Below are positions 12,814 to 24,885 of a DNA stretch of 64,000 nt, piece after piece. Position 1 is the first letter of the stretch, and every line of letters begins with the position of its first letter. The translations under genes and the position numbers were made by a program. Origin of the DNA: Azolla caroliniana (lineage: Eukaryota; Plantae; Polypodiophyta); the NCBI GenBank assembly GCA_043228905.1, contig JBHGNT010000013.1:17112001-17176000 (forward strand), given 5' to 3'. A model generated the notes under the pieces. That model was given only the letters and a program-made list of their open reading frames with translations. It made no database searches and had not been told where the DNA came from.

Positions 12814-15800
12814 ACCGGCATACCACTTCTTCGCTCAGAAATCGGCACACGGCTACAGTCGTTTTGTTCGGCAATGCTCGGCCTTCCACCTGGTTCGTTA
12901 GGTCCTCTCGAGCTAGCACTAGATATCGCATCTGCCCTACTCCCATTGGCATCGTCACTAGATCCACCATCCACTTGAAGTGGATGGTCGGAGGGTAGGT
13001 CGGGTGGAGCTCATCCCGATGTCGGACTATGGAGTGCATCTGACAGCTTTCGCAAGCCATCATGAACCGATGCACGTCTTGATATAGTCCCGGCCACCAG
13101 TACTTCCCCTTCAGCTTCTCGAATGTGGCGCACGTCCCATAGTGTCCGGCCCAGGGACTCTCATGGTACGCCGTCAGTAGTTCCACCTATTCCTCTTTCT
13201 TCGCCACAACCCAGAGCGGGATGCCGTTTCTCTTCTTCGGGTGCTTCCATATGCACCCATCCCGTAGGAATAATCGGTACGCTTTCTTCCGAATCCGGTT
13301 GGTCTCTTCCTTCGTCCACGCCACATCCGATGTCATTGTCTTCAGGAACCCACCGATCTGGAGCCACTCCCCGTCGTACTTGCTCTCGTCGAACCTCGTT
13401 AAGCGCCGGAGTGGTCCCCTTCCTTGTTGTTACGTAAGCCGTGTCGAAGAAGTCCACGCCGACTTCTTCATCCTCTGAAACCATGTCGTCCTCATCATCG
13501 AATCTCGCCCTCGAAAACATGTCGGCCATGGCGTTGTCTTTTCCGGAAATGTGTCGTATCTCCAGATTCAGGGACTTGATGTACGCTATCCACCTAAGCA
13601 TTGCTAGGTCCGGCATCGTGCATCCGGAAACCATACCGAGAATCGGCAGGCAGTCCGTCTCAATTATCACCTCCGTCCCGATCAGGTAGTCTTTGTCGGC
13701 CTTGACCACCGAAACGATACCCAAGAGTTCGCGTTTAACCTGGGCGTACCCTCGCTGTCGTTCACTGAGGACTTTGGCGCCAAACCGGATGGGGAACCTC
13801 GTGCCATTCTCATCCTCCTGGTTGATCACCCATCCAATTCCGATCGGACTCGTGCCTACCGTCACGTAAATCAGAATGTCTTTACCGTAGACCGCTTTCC
13901 GGAGTGCCGACACCGCAGCAAGTGCTTCTTTCATTTTCCGAACTGACTCTGTATGCTCCTCTCTTCACTCGAATTTACGCCTTTTCTTCAGCAATCCATA
14001 GAGCGGCTCCGCAACGTGGGCGTAATGCGGGATCCATATATGGTAGAACGTGCATGCTCCCAAGAATCTCCGGACTTTCGTGACCGAATTGCAGTCGCGT
14101 TTATCGTGGAGATGGCCTCTACCTTGGCCGGCGACGGTTTCCGAGCGAATGGCCCGCATAGGTGTCCAATGACCATGATCTCCGATTGCCCGAAGGCCGA
14201 TTTTTCCCCGGAGAAGGTGAGCCTCGCGCCCTCTAGTCTTTGCAGCACCTTCTCGCAGTCATCGACGTGGTCCGCCACGAATTTCCGGCATCTGTCCGGT
14301 CCGATTGTCTCGTCCTTATCCTCCACCGGGCATCCTTTGATCGGGATGTCGTCTAAGAATGGCATCGTGATGTCCGGGATACAAACCCTTAGCACTTTGT
14401 TCATTGCGTTCACCATGTGGGCTACCGAGTTCGTCCCTCCTTGCGGAAGGGTACACATCCATACTAGGCCGAGAGGAGTCCGCATCATCGTAATGTCCTT
14501 GCTCTTCACGGCTAGCTAGAACTAATCGTATCCTGAGTACAGATCACCGACCGAGTAAATTGACCTTCCGGCGAAGGCCTCTGCGAACTCGTCTATGGTT
14601 GGTCTGATTCCTGCGTTCCGAATGGTCACCTTGTTTACCAGTTGCAGGTCTTGAATGAAGCGCAGCGTGCTGTTCTTCTTGGGCACGGTAAACCACCAAT
14701 TAGAATACGAGGCACTCGACGGTTCGAGGATGACCATATCCACCTTCTATTTCAGCAGCTCCATCAGCTTCGAGATGTGAGCTCTAGGTATTGGAATCGG
14801 TTTGAGATTCCACGGTACATGCGTTACCGTGAAGATCACCATCAGTTCCATAATCATCGGGTCCACGCACCCGATCTCCTCTGGCGAGAATGCGAAGGCC
14901 TTTCCGTGCCTCCCGAGCATTCTCCAAAACCGGTTCTCCTCCACCGGCAGCAGAAAGCCACCCCCACCGACCTTGAGCTCTCGTAGCGTTATGTCGGTGA
15001 ATCAGTGTCCTATGCCAGCCAGATCTCGTAAACTTGGGTCTAACGTGACCCCCTTAATCCGTAACTCGCTGCCCTCCGGCAAGGGTGTCGCAACTGGCCT
15101 CACCTTCCGGTCCACGGTCTTGTACTTCGTATCCAGTCAGGTTGTCCAATCCGACTCGAGTCCTCTACGGAAGTCGGTGATGACTTCATATATATTTTCC
15201 GAACATACCGGAATCGTCCGATTTTCACTAAGGCCCTCTCCGAACATCTTCCGTAACTTCCCCAAGGTGTCGTCAAGAGTGACCACCTCCATGGCTCCGT
15301 TGATTTCCTCTTCGGGGGCAAGGACTCTGCATGCCCTAAGTTGCTCTTCTGCCCGCTTCTTCTCCCGACCAACGACGCCGGCTATTGTACAACCTCCACT
15401 GTCAGAGAACCAAAACTTCCTACCTATGTTACAGGTTCTTCTACCTACTGTATGTTAACTCTTCGGGCCGGACAATGGCCTAACACAGGGTGTCTACGGG
15501 AGACACTTCACCAAAGGGTGTTACGGCAACCGGATTAGACTTCAACACTTAATCCTACTTGGTTAAGTTACTTATTATGATCGTCTTTCATAACACAAGC
15601 GTAAGATATAACAATTAAGACAGAACGGCAATTAACACAGAAAGATAACAACGCTTAAGCTTTCATTAATTAACCGCTAACTATTACATTGTATCCGGGC
15701 CTTTAAATAGGTTTCCGGTCTGTATTACAAAACGGTGCCATCCGCACCTGTTCGGGATCGGTCCGGATCCGGAACGGCATACCGTTTCCGATCCGTCCGT

Positions 15801-15890
15801 CCACACTAATAGCGTAATTACAACCACATTCCTACTACTTAATTAGCTCTCCGTTTCCCACTCTGGACTCCTTTGCCGGCTGGTAACACA

Positions 15891-15932
15891 TGGCACGCCC
15901 GTGGGACAGTACCTTGTACATCGAATCCACAA
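15891..15932 (-). other. tRNA-Arg 3'-part-like motif at the PPT position of Gypsy-3
   Basis: Element sense reads TTGTGGATTCGA-TGTACAAGGTACT-GTCCCACGGGCGTGCCA, then TG, then the LTR TGTTACC. Confidence 0.8.
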
Positions 15933-18900
15933 CCGACCCTTGCTAATCTTCGTCCAAAATGTCCAGAATGCTTTGTTCGAGAGGCTCCAATGGTTCATCT
16001 GGAAGTGGTTGTTGTTGTTGCTGCTGTTGCTGCTCTGTTGCAGTCTGCTGCGGCGGGTCCGTTGGTGGTTGCTGCGGCGGGTCCTCCGATTGTGGCTCTG
16101 AAACCGGCATCTCCGTCGTTGCTCCCTGCGTCGTAGTGGTCTCCGGTTGACTGGTTCCCGGCTGGCCCTCAGCCGGCGTTGGTTCCTCATCACTAAGGTT
16201 AACCGTTGCCGCTTCCCGTGCTTTTTCTTCCCGCACCCGGGACCGCTCGTAGCTTTCAAACTGGATTTGAGCGTCCAGCCTATCATCGTCCAGCTGAGCT
16301 ACGAGCTGCCTGACCTGCGCCAGCTGTTCATCTGCCAGGACTTGGAAGTCGTCGGCCAGCTCGTCCCGTATGGCGGTGAAGTCCTCGGAAGTCAACGTAT
16401 AACAGTCATCTCCTTCCTTCCGCCGGTTTGCCACATCCGCCCGTAGCAACTGGAGTTCCGCCGCGTTTTGCGCCCACTTTGTCCACCATTTTACGGAGCT
16501 TTCATCAATCAAGTGTTTTCTCTGATTCAGCCATGCCTGGAGGATGGACTGAATCCGGCTCGTTCCCAATTGCGATTTGGTTTCCGCCGCTTGCCGTTCC
16601 TCCTTCAGTTGTTTGATGATTTTGACGTTGTCCTCTGCCTGCGCCTTGTAATGCATCAATTGCCTTTCATATGTGCTTTGTAATTTCTGCAATACTGTTG
16701 ACGCTCTCTCTTTGTCTTCCTGTTGCTGCCTCTGGAGTTCCATCCGGACTTTCTCCGCCTCGTCCAAGCGTCTTGTATTTTCCGCCCGTTCGTCGGCGAT
16801 CACCATCGCGGCCCGATCAACTACCTGCTGGAGCTCGGCCATCCGTTCTTTATGCTCCGTTTCCAGCCGTTTGTAGTCCCGGTGCAGGTGCTCAAAATCA
16901 TCTGTCTTTTGCTTGAGTTGTGCGTTGATCTGACGACGGGCCCGGTCCTCGCGGTCCTTCTGCTGGCGGAGCTCTTCCTTTAGCCGTTCAATCTCTGTTT
17001 CCGCCGTTTTCCGCAGCTTGTCCTTTTCCTGCAGCACTTTGTCTTTCTCCTCCTTTAGCCGGTCGTACGCTTGATGGCCTTTCCGGAGGCTCTCCTCTGC
17101 CCGGCGGAGGTTCTCAGCAGTCTTCTTTAATTCGGCTTCGGCCGCCGTCTTCAATTCTCGTTCACGGCTCCTTAGCGCCTCTTGTGCGGCAAGTTCATCT
17201 CTCAATTCCGCAAGCTCCTGGGCTTGCACCGCATCTCTCGCCGGAACGGTTTCCGTTGCGGGGGTCTTATTGCTATGTACAGGTCATTCCGTTTCTTTAT
17301 TCTGTACACTTACCGGAGTCACCGGTGATTGGATCCGTATTTTGGCCATCTCTGTCGTGACCTGATCCAAGTCTTTTTCAAGGCACCGGATTCTGAACCG
17401 GGCCGTCTCTAGTTGTTCGGTTGTGACGAGCAACCGTTCGCTTTGCGCTCTTTCTTCCGCCTCAATATACCCCACTGCTCCGGCTATCTGTTCGCCTATC
17501 CACCGGAGCCACAGGCTACCGGTGCCTTGTTGTGCTTGCACGGAGGTTTGACAGATGGGCTCACTTGTAGAGGGGTGGTCCCTCCTGGTTGCGTCGAGTT
17601 GCAGTTCCGTTTCTGCCCGTGGACCATCCTGTTGTCCTGGTTCCCCTTGCGCTTCTTCTTGGCTGACCGAGGGCTGCATTGACCTTTCCGGCTCTGGTGG
17701 GATGGGACTCGCCGGTGTTGCCGGTGGTGCCGGGGCTTCTGTTTCCGGTTCCTTCCTTGGCGTGGGAGTCTCAGTATGGGGAGTCGGTGTTCCCTCCGTC
17801 TGAGGGTCCGAACGTTTCCCGGCTGTCTCAACGGTCCTTGCCGTCGACCGTCGCTGGAGGTGCTCCGTAGGCTCCTCCTCTATTTCCTCCTCCTAAGCTC
17901 CGGCATTGAGTTTTGCCGCCAAGGGGTCCACTTCTCGATTCACCGGTCGGTGGAGTGTGACCTTTACGGGCCGTGCCGGTGGTTCCTCCTGCGCCTCCAT
18001 TGGGCGCTTCCGGCTGCCGCTTCCTACTGCCGCCTGTTCTGCATCCGCCGCCTTTCCCTTAGTGGCCTTCGAGGCCAACAGCTGTTGCCGTTTGGAAGCC
18101 GTCCTTGGTGTGCCGTCCGGCACTCTTCCTCGCTTCTTGGGCTGGACTGTCTAAACGGGTGGCACCAGCAAGGTGAGCCACTGCGTTACGACGTGCCATA
18201 TCCTTCGTCCGTCTCGGCCTTCTTTGTCGTCTTTGCCTCTGATGATCTCGATCGCCGCACACAACCCGTCTGCGATCAATACCGGCCAATCCACCTTGAT
18301 CCCTTCATAGGTGGCGATGATCATCCTTGCCCGGTTCTACGGCATGACAGGGGGTCTAGGATACACGTGGCCGTATTCATGGAGCACACGAGCAATTTCG
18401 CAGAACAGCATATCTCCGCCGCCCTGTGTCCGGTAGCCCTTGTTGGCTAGAGAGTACTCACCAAAATACCTGATGAGTTGCTCCGGGGTTGGATTGTCGA
18501 TCGTGAGTATGCCTCCCTCCGGAAGGCCTGTTAACGCTCGAATCGCCTCTGCAGTTATGACCTCTGTATCAATTTCCTTGATCACTTTGTCGGCTTCTTT
18601 GTGTGGCGGTACTTCCATCATCATCAAGAAGCCCTCGAGCCCGTGTTGCTTCAGCCATTGTTACCCGGACCCGGACAGTCAATTTTACCGAACAAGTGGG
18701 AAAGCGTCGAAAACGGAGTCGGTTCGGATCGACTGTTCGGATCAATGACTCAGCAGTAAACGAAGAGAACTAAGTTAGTTAGATAATTTTGTAATTCTTG
18801 ATAGTAAGTAGGAATAGTTCTTGATGAGAAAAGACCTTCGGTATACCTATAAAAGGGAACCGAAGGCATTGTAAGAAAGGTCGTTTTATTTAGTAATATA

Positions 18901-19125
18901 AGTTTAAGTTAGGAATATCCTGTACGGATTCTGTGTTCTTCCTATTGTCTATGTTGTTAAGTGCAAGCTTCCTAATTTATAACTAAGTAACGATCACGGT
19001 AATTACCGATTAATATAGTATAATTCCGTTCGTAAAACACAATTCCTTGTAGAACGTTGAGTAGCGACGTTCACTCTTCTGCATCGGTAGTAGTTAGTAA
19101 TTAGCCGATTAACACAGAAGAATTT

Positions 19126-19138
19126 TGGCACGCCCGGT
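19126..19138 (+). promoter_or_regulatory. Primer binding site, tRNA-Arg(TCT)-type, Gypsy-4
   Basis: TGGCACGCCCGGT lies 11 nt after the 5' LTR and is complementary to the plant tRNA-Arg 3' end as I recall it. Confidence 0.8.
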
Positions 19139-19173
19139 TACATCTGCAATTAAGCAGAGAACAAATCGAATGG

Positions 19174-22100
19174 ATGTCGTATGAAGAGGAGGCACCGGTC
19201 TGTTGTAAGCGCCCTCGTACAAGGTCAGTTACGAAGGTAGTGCAGCAAGCGTTCATTGCGCAAGAACAGCCGGAATCAAGCACAAAGTGGTCGAAACTTC
19301 CTGACTTATCCGATCAATTACCTTCAGACGAAAAACAGACGGAAGAGGTATCGTTTTACGACATTTGGGACGATATGCCTTATACTTATTCTAAGTTCCG
19401 GGAAGGAACAGATGCGGAAGCACATGTTAGGGATTTCTTAACGACATGGGAGATTAACCATGGAGCTCAGCGATTGTCGGCAGATGCCGAAGATAAGTCA
19501 AAAATCGTTGAGTTCGTCTTATCATTAGACGGATATTCCGCCAATTGGTTTGCGCAGAACGGTCTTCAAGGATTTCCATCCTTTGAAGTGTTAACTAGTA
19601 AATTTTTACAATTATTTCATCAACAAATTCCGCAGAAGGATTTGATTGCGCAATTTTATGCGTTATATCAAGAAAAAAATGAAACAGTATCTCAGTTTGT
19701 GATACGATTTCAGAACTTACAGCTTCAGATTTCAAGGCCGATTCCGGATAAGGAATTAAAAGAAGTCTTTCTAGAAGCTGTAAAAGAACCATTAAGGACG
19801 ACATTGAAAGTGTTCGATTTTCGAAATCAGACTATCGAACAAGTAATTGATAAAGCAATAGAAATGGGTCGACCACCGGTCAATGTTCAGAGTATGGACA
19901 TGTCAGCATTACACAGTACATTACCAACAATAGAGGAGTTACAATTTCGACAAGCAGTTCAATGCACCACTTGTTTAAATACGGGGCATTCGGCAATTGA
20001 ATGTACGTTAAGAACACATTGTACAATATGTCATTCAAAATTACATTCAGTAGAACAATGTGAATATAATCTACTTAATAAGACTACGGCGTCAGTACGA
20101 CAAATTTTTACTGACAATGGTTACCAAAATAACACTAATCTGTTCAATGGTTATCAAAATAATAATTTTTCACAAAATCAGCAAAATGTACAACAGAATC
20201 CGGTTCTACAACCAAATCAGATCTTTTCACAACAAAATATGCAAACCACTCAAGTGACTCAAGCATTTCAACCAGGTTTTGCTCAATCCAACCCACCATT
20301 CGTACAGAATCCGAATCAATATTTTCAACAAAATAATCAAAGTTTCCAACAAGGTAACCCACCATTTCAAGGGTTTCAACAGAACTGTCCGAATGTGCAA
20401 CCGAATTCTACATTTCAACCAAATCCGGCATTTCAACCGGGTAATATGACCTTTCAACATAATACTCAAACCGTTCCACAAAATAATCAAATGTTTCAAC
20501 AGAGTAATTTTCCGCCAAATCAGGAGTTCGGGATACCACACAATGTAGCACAACCAAATGATAATACTGAACAATTTAGGCAGAATCGGTATAAAAACAA
20601 GAGATTTTACAAACCAAAAGCTACACGTCAATACCAACAAAACCCGAGTGGTAATGAAGAGCAGCAATTTAATAACGGCCAATTTGCACATGGAGAGACC
20701 AGTGCAACATTTGTACCCACTTGTTATATTTGTCGACAACTAGGCCATTATGCTAATCAATGTCCGGTTAAAGGAAAGGGTCCAGCAGTTAATATGGTAA
20801 TACCGGAAGTTCAGCAAGTAATGACACGCAGCAAAAGCAAACAATCAGAGTGGGAAATTCAGGAAGAAGTTCAGAAGGCGGCAAAAGAATGGGTGGACGA
20901 AGCAAATCAAAGTAATGTGAATCGAATGTTACAAGACAATAACATTGACCATCACATCGTTGTACAACAGTCATTGGGGAATAAGGAACAAGAAGAAACT
21001 TGGAAACTGTTGGCTGATTGCCAAGTGTCATTGCCACTTACGGGCTTACTTAAGTTAGTACCAAGGTTTACAGAAAAAGTGGCAGCATTAATTGCATATA
21101 AAGGTTCCGAACAAATAGCAGTACACTACAATCAGCCAAGTAATAACCCTTCGATCATGGATGAACAGAATCCGTCGATTAAGGTAATACTTTACGGGCA
21201 AGAAATTGGAAATGTGATTATAGATGGAGGCTCGGGTGTTAATGTGATTAACAAAACTACATGTGAAAAACTGGGAATCACGGAATGGGAAGCATGTCCG
21301 TTTTGGTTACGAATGGCAGATACAAGTACGGTACGACCGATTGGTTTGCTTCGACAACTGGATGTAATAATCGGGGGACATAGTTTTCAGATTTCGGCAG
21401 TAATTTTGCAGTTAGAAACACAGGGAGCATACCCCTTGTTATTGGGGAGACCATGGTTAAAGACAGCTAATATTAAACAAAATTGGAAACAAAATGTGCT
21501 AACATTTAGGAAAGGAAAAACTAAGGTCAGGATTCCGACGCACAACAAAGTGACAACAAGCAAACAGAGTTTACCTGTACATGCAGAAGCAGTTAATATG
21601 ATGGAAGGATTGGACGAGGAAGAAGAAAGTCAGTATTTCAATGATAATCAGAAAATCATCCCTCTATTTGAGGTAGATATTTTGCAAGCATTAACACCAT
21701 ATGTAGACTCACACGAAGAAGTGCCAATAGATGAGCAAACAATGAAAGAAATACGAATGCAACAAGAAGCTACAGATAAGGAAATGAAGGTATCTCAGAG
21801 AGTGCAAGCCTCAGCATTGGAGGAGATCGATTTGGCAGGAGTACAGGATGCTGAAAGAAAAACAGTCTTGATTGCTAGAGATTTGGCGGAAAATGACAAA
21901 CGGACATTAACAACATTACTATTACAATATAAAGATGTTTTTGCATGGTCGTTTGACGATATGAAAGGTCTGGATCCCGCTTTTTGTCAACATCAAATCA
22001 ATTTGCATAAAGATGCAAAGCCAGTACAACAACGCAGGTACAGGTTGAATCCGAATTATGCTATCAAAGTAAAAGAAGAAATCGATAAACTCTTAAAAGT

Positions 22101-24666
22101 AGGATTTATTCGACCCGTCAAAAAATCAACATGGCTGAGTCCGATAGTAGTAGTCCCGAAAAAGAATGGGAAAATTCGCGTATGTGTGGATTACAGAAAA
22201 TTGAATGCAGCGACAATTACGGATGCGTTTCCGTTGCCATTCACGGATGGGATATTAGATGCAGTAGCGGGACATGAAATTTATAGTTTCTTGGATGGGT
22301 TCAGTGGGTACAATCAAGTACGGATGAATCCGGAAGATCAGGAAAAGACAGCTTTCGTCACAGAATGGGGTGTCTTTGTGGCAGTAGTAATGATGTTCGG
22401 TTTAAAAACAGCTCCAGCTACATTTCAGCGGGTAATACAGGAAATATTCGGGGAATATATTCCAGCTTTCATGCAGGTGTTTTTAGATGATTTTGCAGTA
22501 TATAGTCAGAAAGCTGATCATTTTGAGCATTTACGGCTATGTTTAGAAAAATGTCGAAAAGGGCGTCTTAGCTTAAATCCAGCCAAATGCGCATTCGGAG
22601 TAATGAGTGGAACGTTACTTGGGCATATTGTCAGTCAAGAAGGGATTGCAGTGGACCCAGACAAAGTTAAAGCAATTATTGAGGCAACACCACCAACAAA
22701 TGCTAAAGCTCTAAGTAGATTTTTGGGTCAAATTCGGTGGCACAGTAGAATGATGAGATATCTAGCAGACATTGCTATTCCGTTACACACAGCAGTACAC
22801 AAAGTTCCTTTTATATGGACAAGTATAGAACAAGATGCATATGAATGTCTCAAGAAGATGCTGACGGAGGTTCCGGTAGTTCAACCACCGGACTGGAACA
22901 AACCATTTCATGTTTTCGTCGATGCGTCGGACATTGCCATAGGCAGTGCTTTAATGCAATTATCCGAACCAAACTGGTATAGGCCGGTATACTATGCCAG
23001 TAGGAAACTTTTGTCGGCCGAAAGAAACTATTCAACAACCGAAAGAGAAGCTTTGGGAATGATATATAGTGTGAACAAATTTCGACATTACCTTTTGGGT
23101 AAGAAATTTACATTTCATGTGGATCATTCGGCTCTACTATATCTAGTTTCCAAACAAGAATTGACAGGCAAGTTAGCCAGATGGACGTTATTGCTTCAAG
23201 AGTTTGAATTCGACATTATACATCGACCAGGAGCACAGCACGCGATTGCTGACTATCTCAGTCGGCTTGAGTCTGGAGAAGAAGCGGTTGGGGTTAAAGA
23301 TGATTTTCCAGATACTCAATTATTTCGGGTTGAGGCAGTAAAAGCACAAGAAGTGAATGAGGAAAAAGAGGATGAATGGATTTCCGAAATGACGATATTT
23401 CTATCAACAGGAATTCCGGCCGAACACATGTCGACAGATGAAAGAAAAAGAATTGCAGTACGAAGTCGGAATTTTTGTTTGTTTAATGACATGTTGTATC
23501 ATAAAGGAGCGGATGGAATATGGCGAAGGGCAGTACGGAAATTTGAAAAATCAGCCATATTAACAGAGTCACATTGTGGAATTGCTGGCGGTCATTACGC
23601 AGGAGAAGCAACAGCCAGAAAAATATGGAACAGCGGGTTATGGTGGCCAACGGTGATGAAAGATGCTAACGAATACTGTAAGAAATGCGATTTGTGTCAA
23701 AGAATGGGGCAACCAACCGAAAAGGATCGAATGCCTTTTCAACCGGTTTTACCTCTTGAGCCATTTCAGAAATGGGGCTTAGATTTTGTTGGCCCATTCA
23801 AACCAGTAGCTGCAAGAACCGGTAATCGATATATCATAATTGCGACTGACTATTGCACAAAATGGGTTGAAGCAAAAGCTCTCAGGGACAATATAGCAGC
23901 ATCCACAGCAAAATTCCTGTATGAAAATATATGGTGTCGATTCGGTTGCCCAATAGAATTGGTAAGCGATCAAGGCACTCATTTTATTAACAAGTTAATT
24001 AACGAATTAACCAATTACTATGCCGTAGTTCATAAGAAAAGTACGCCTTACTATCCCCAAGCTAATGGATTGGCAGAATCGACAAATAAAACAATTCAAA
24101 CAATTTTAAAGAAGATAGTGAATGAAAATCGTACTGATTGGGATCAAAAGTTAAATAGTGCATTATGGGCATATCGTACTTCGTACAAAACATCCATTAA
24201 ATCAACACCTTTCCGAATGGCATTCGGACTTGAAGCCGTTATGCCGATCGAATTTCAAATTCCGACACTTCGTATCCAAGCGACGAATAAGTTAAATGAA
24301 ATAGAATCGGAGCAGATACGCAAAGAGGCTTTATTAGTATTAGAAGAAGAACGGATTCAATCAATGTCAGCACTAGAACACAAGCAGAGACAAATCAAGG
24401 CATTCGTAAATCGACATCGAAGGAAATCGGAAGAGCAATTCGAAATTGGGAAACCAGTATTGGTATTCCAGACGAGAATGGGACTTATGCCTGGGAAACT
24501 CCGGTATAGATGGACAGGTCCAGTATGGATAATTAATAGTAAAAATGGTACGTATCAGCTGGGATCATTAACCGGAGAGGTTTTACCGAAATGGGTAAAT
24601 GGATTCCGGCTTAAACCGTATTTGGGAGATATGCCGGTAAATCCGTTTATTCAAACGGAAGAGTAA
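19174..24666 (+). CDS. Gypsy-4 Gag-Pol polyprotein, 1830 aa, uninterrupted
   Basis: Capsid-like N-terminus, three CCHC knuckles, PR (IIDGGSGVN), RT (VCVDYRKLN, FLDD), RH (VDAS, TTEREAL), INT (HHCC, WGLDFVGP, QANGLAE, WTGP). Confidence 0.96.
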   Translation: MSYEEEAPVCCKRPRTRSVTKVVQQAFIAQEQPESSTKWSKLPDLSDQLPSDEKQTEEVSFYDIWDDMPYTYSKFREGTDAEAHVRDFLTTWEINHGAQRLSADAEDKSKIVEFVLSLDGYSANWFAQNGLQGFPSFEVLTSKFLQLFHQQIPQKDLIAQFYALYQEKNETVSQFVIRFQNLQLQISRPIPDKELKEVFLEAVKEPLRTTLKVFDFRNQTIEQVIDKAIEMGRPPVNVQSMDMSALHSTLPTIEELQFRQAVQCTTCLNTGHSAIECTLRTHCTICHSKLHSVEQCEYNLLNKTTASVRQIFTDNGYQNNTNLFNGYQNNNFSQNQQNVQQNPVLQPNQIFSQQNMQTTQVTQAFQPGFAQSNPPFVQNPNQYFQQNNQSFQQGNPPFQGFQQNCPNVQPNSTFQPNPAFQPGNMTFQHNTQTVPQNNQMFQQSNFPPNQEFGIPHNVAQPNDNTEQFRQNRYKNKRFYKPKATRQYQQNPSGNEEQQFNNGQFAHGETSATFVPTCYICRQLGHYANQCPVKGKGPAVNMVIPEVQQVMTRSKSKQSEWEIQEEVQKAAKEWVDEANQSNVNRMLQDNNIDHHIVVQQSLGNKEQEETWKLLADCQVSLPLTGLLKLVPRFTEKVAALIAYKGSEQIAVHYNQPSNNPSIMDEQNPSIKVILYGQEIGNVIIDGGSGVNVINKTTCEKLGITEWEACPFWLRMADTSTVRPIGLLRQLDVIIGGHSFQISAVILQLETQGAYPLLLGRPWLKTANIKQNWKQNVLTFRKGKTKVRIPTHNKVTTSKQSLPVHAEAVNMMEGLDEEEESQYFNDNQKIIPLFEVDILQALTPYVDSHEEVPIDEQTMKEIRMQQEATDKEMKVSQRVQASALEEIDLAGVQDAERKTVLIARDLAENDKRTLTTLLLQYKDVFAWSFDDMKGLDPAFCQHQINLHKDAKPVQQRRYRLNPNYAIKVKEEIDKLLKVGFIRPVKKSTWLSPIVVVPKKNGKIRVCVDYRKLNAATITDAFPLPFTDGILDAVAGHEIYSFLDGFSGYNQVRMNPEDQEKTAFVTEWGVFVAVVMMFGLKTAPATFQRVIQEIFGEYIPAFMQVFLDDFAVYSQKADHFEHLRLCLEKCRKGRLSLNPAKCAFGVMSGTLLGHIVSQEGIAVDPDKVKAIIEATPPTNAKALSRFLGQIRWHSRMMRYLADIAIPLHTAVHKVPFIWTSIEQDAYECLKKMLTEVPVVQPPDWNKPFHVFVDASDIAIGSALMQLSEPNWYRPVYYASRKLLSAERNYSTTEREALGMIYSVNKFRHYLLGKKFTFHVDHSALLYLVSKQELTGKLARWTLLLQEFEFDIIHRPGAQHAIADYLSRLESGEEAVGVKDDFPDTQLFRVEAVKAQEVNEEKEDEWISEMTIFLSTGIPAEHMSTDERKRIAVRSRNFCLFNDMLYHKGADGIWRRAVRKFEKSAILTESHCGIAGGHYAGEATARKIWNSGLWWPTVMKDANEYCKKCDLCQRMGQPTEKDRMPFQPVLPLEPFQKWGLDFVGPFKPVAARTGNRYIIIATDYCTKWVEAKALRDNIAASTAKFLYENIWCRFGCPIELVSDQGTHFINKLINELTNYYAVVHKKSTPYYPQANGLAESTNKTIQTILKKIVNENRTDWDQKLNSALWAYRTSYKTSIKSTPFRMAFGLEAVMPIEFQIPTLRIQATNKLNEIESEQIRKEALLVLEEERIQSMSALEHKQRQIKAFVNRHRRKSEEQFEIGKPVLVFQTRMGLMPGKLRYRWTGPVWIINSKNGTYQLGSLTGEVLPKWVNGFRLKPYLGDMPVNPFIQTEE

Positions 24667-24705
24667 AAAAAAAAAAAAAATTTAAAAAAAAAAATTAAAA
24701 AAAAA
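24664..24705 (+). repeat. Poly(A)-rich tract directly after the pol stop
   Basis: Interrupted A-runs totalling ~40 nt. Confidence 0.9.
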
Positions 24706-24885
24706 CTAACTAACTCACTCAATAGTTCTTGTCAAATGCAGAAATACAATCTTGCCATAACAGTCTGGATCGACTATAAATAGAAAGAGGAATTGCATGA
24801 TTATTAGTAAGTAGTACAACCACTACACGTAGAGTGAATACTAATTAATTCCTACATTAATAGCAATTACTATTCTTTAGTCATC

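Noticed and set aside
14802-15458. Long antisense ORFs over pol regions (also 31961-32596, 17776-18450, 20227-20739)
   Set aside because: Shadow ORFs of coding strands with no recognisable motifs.
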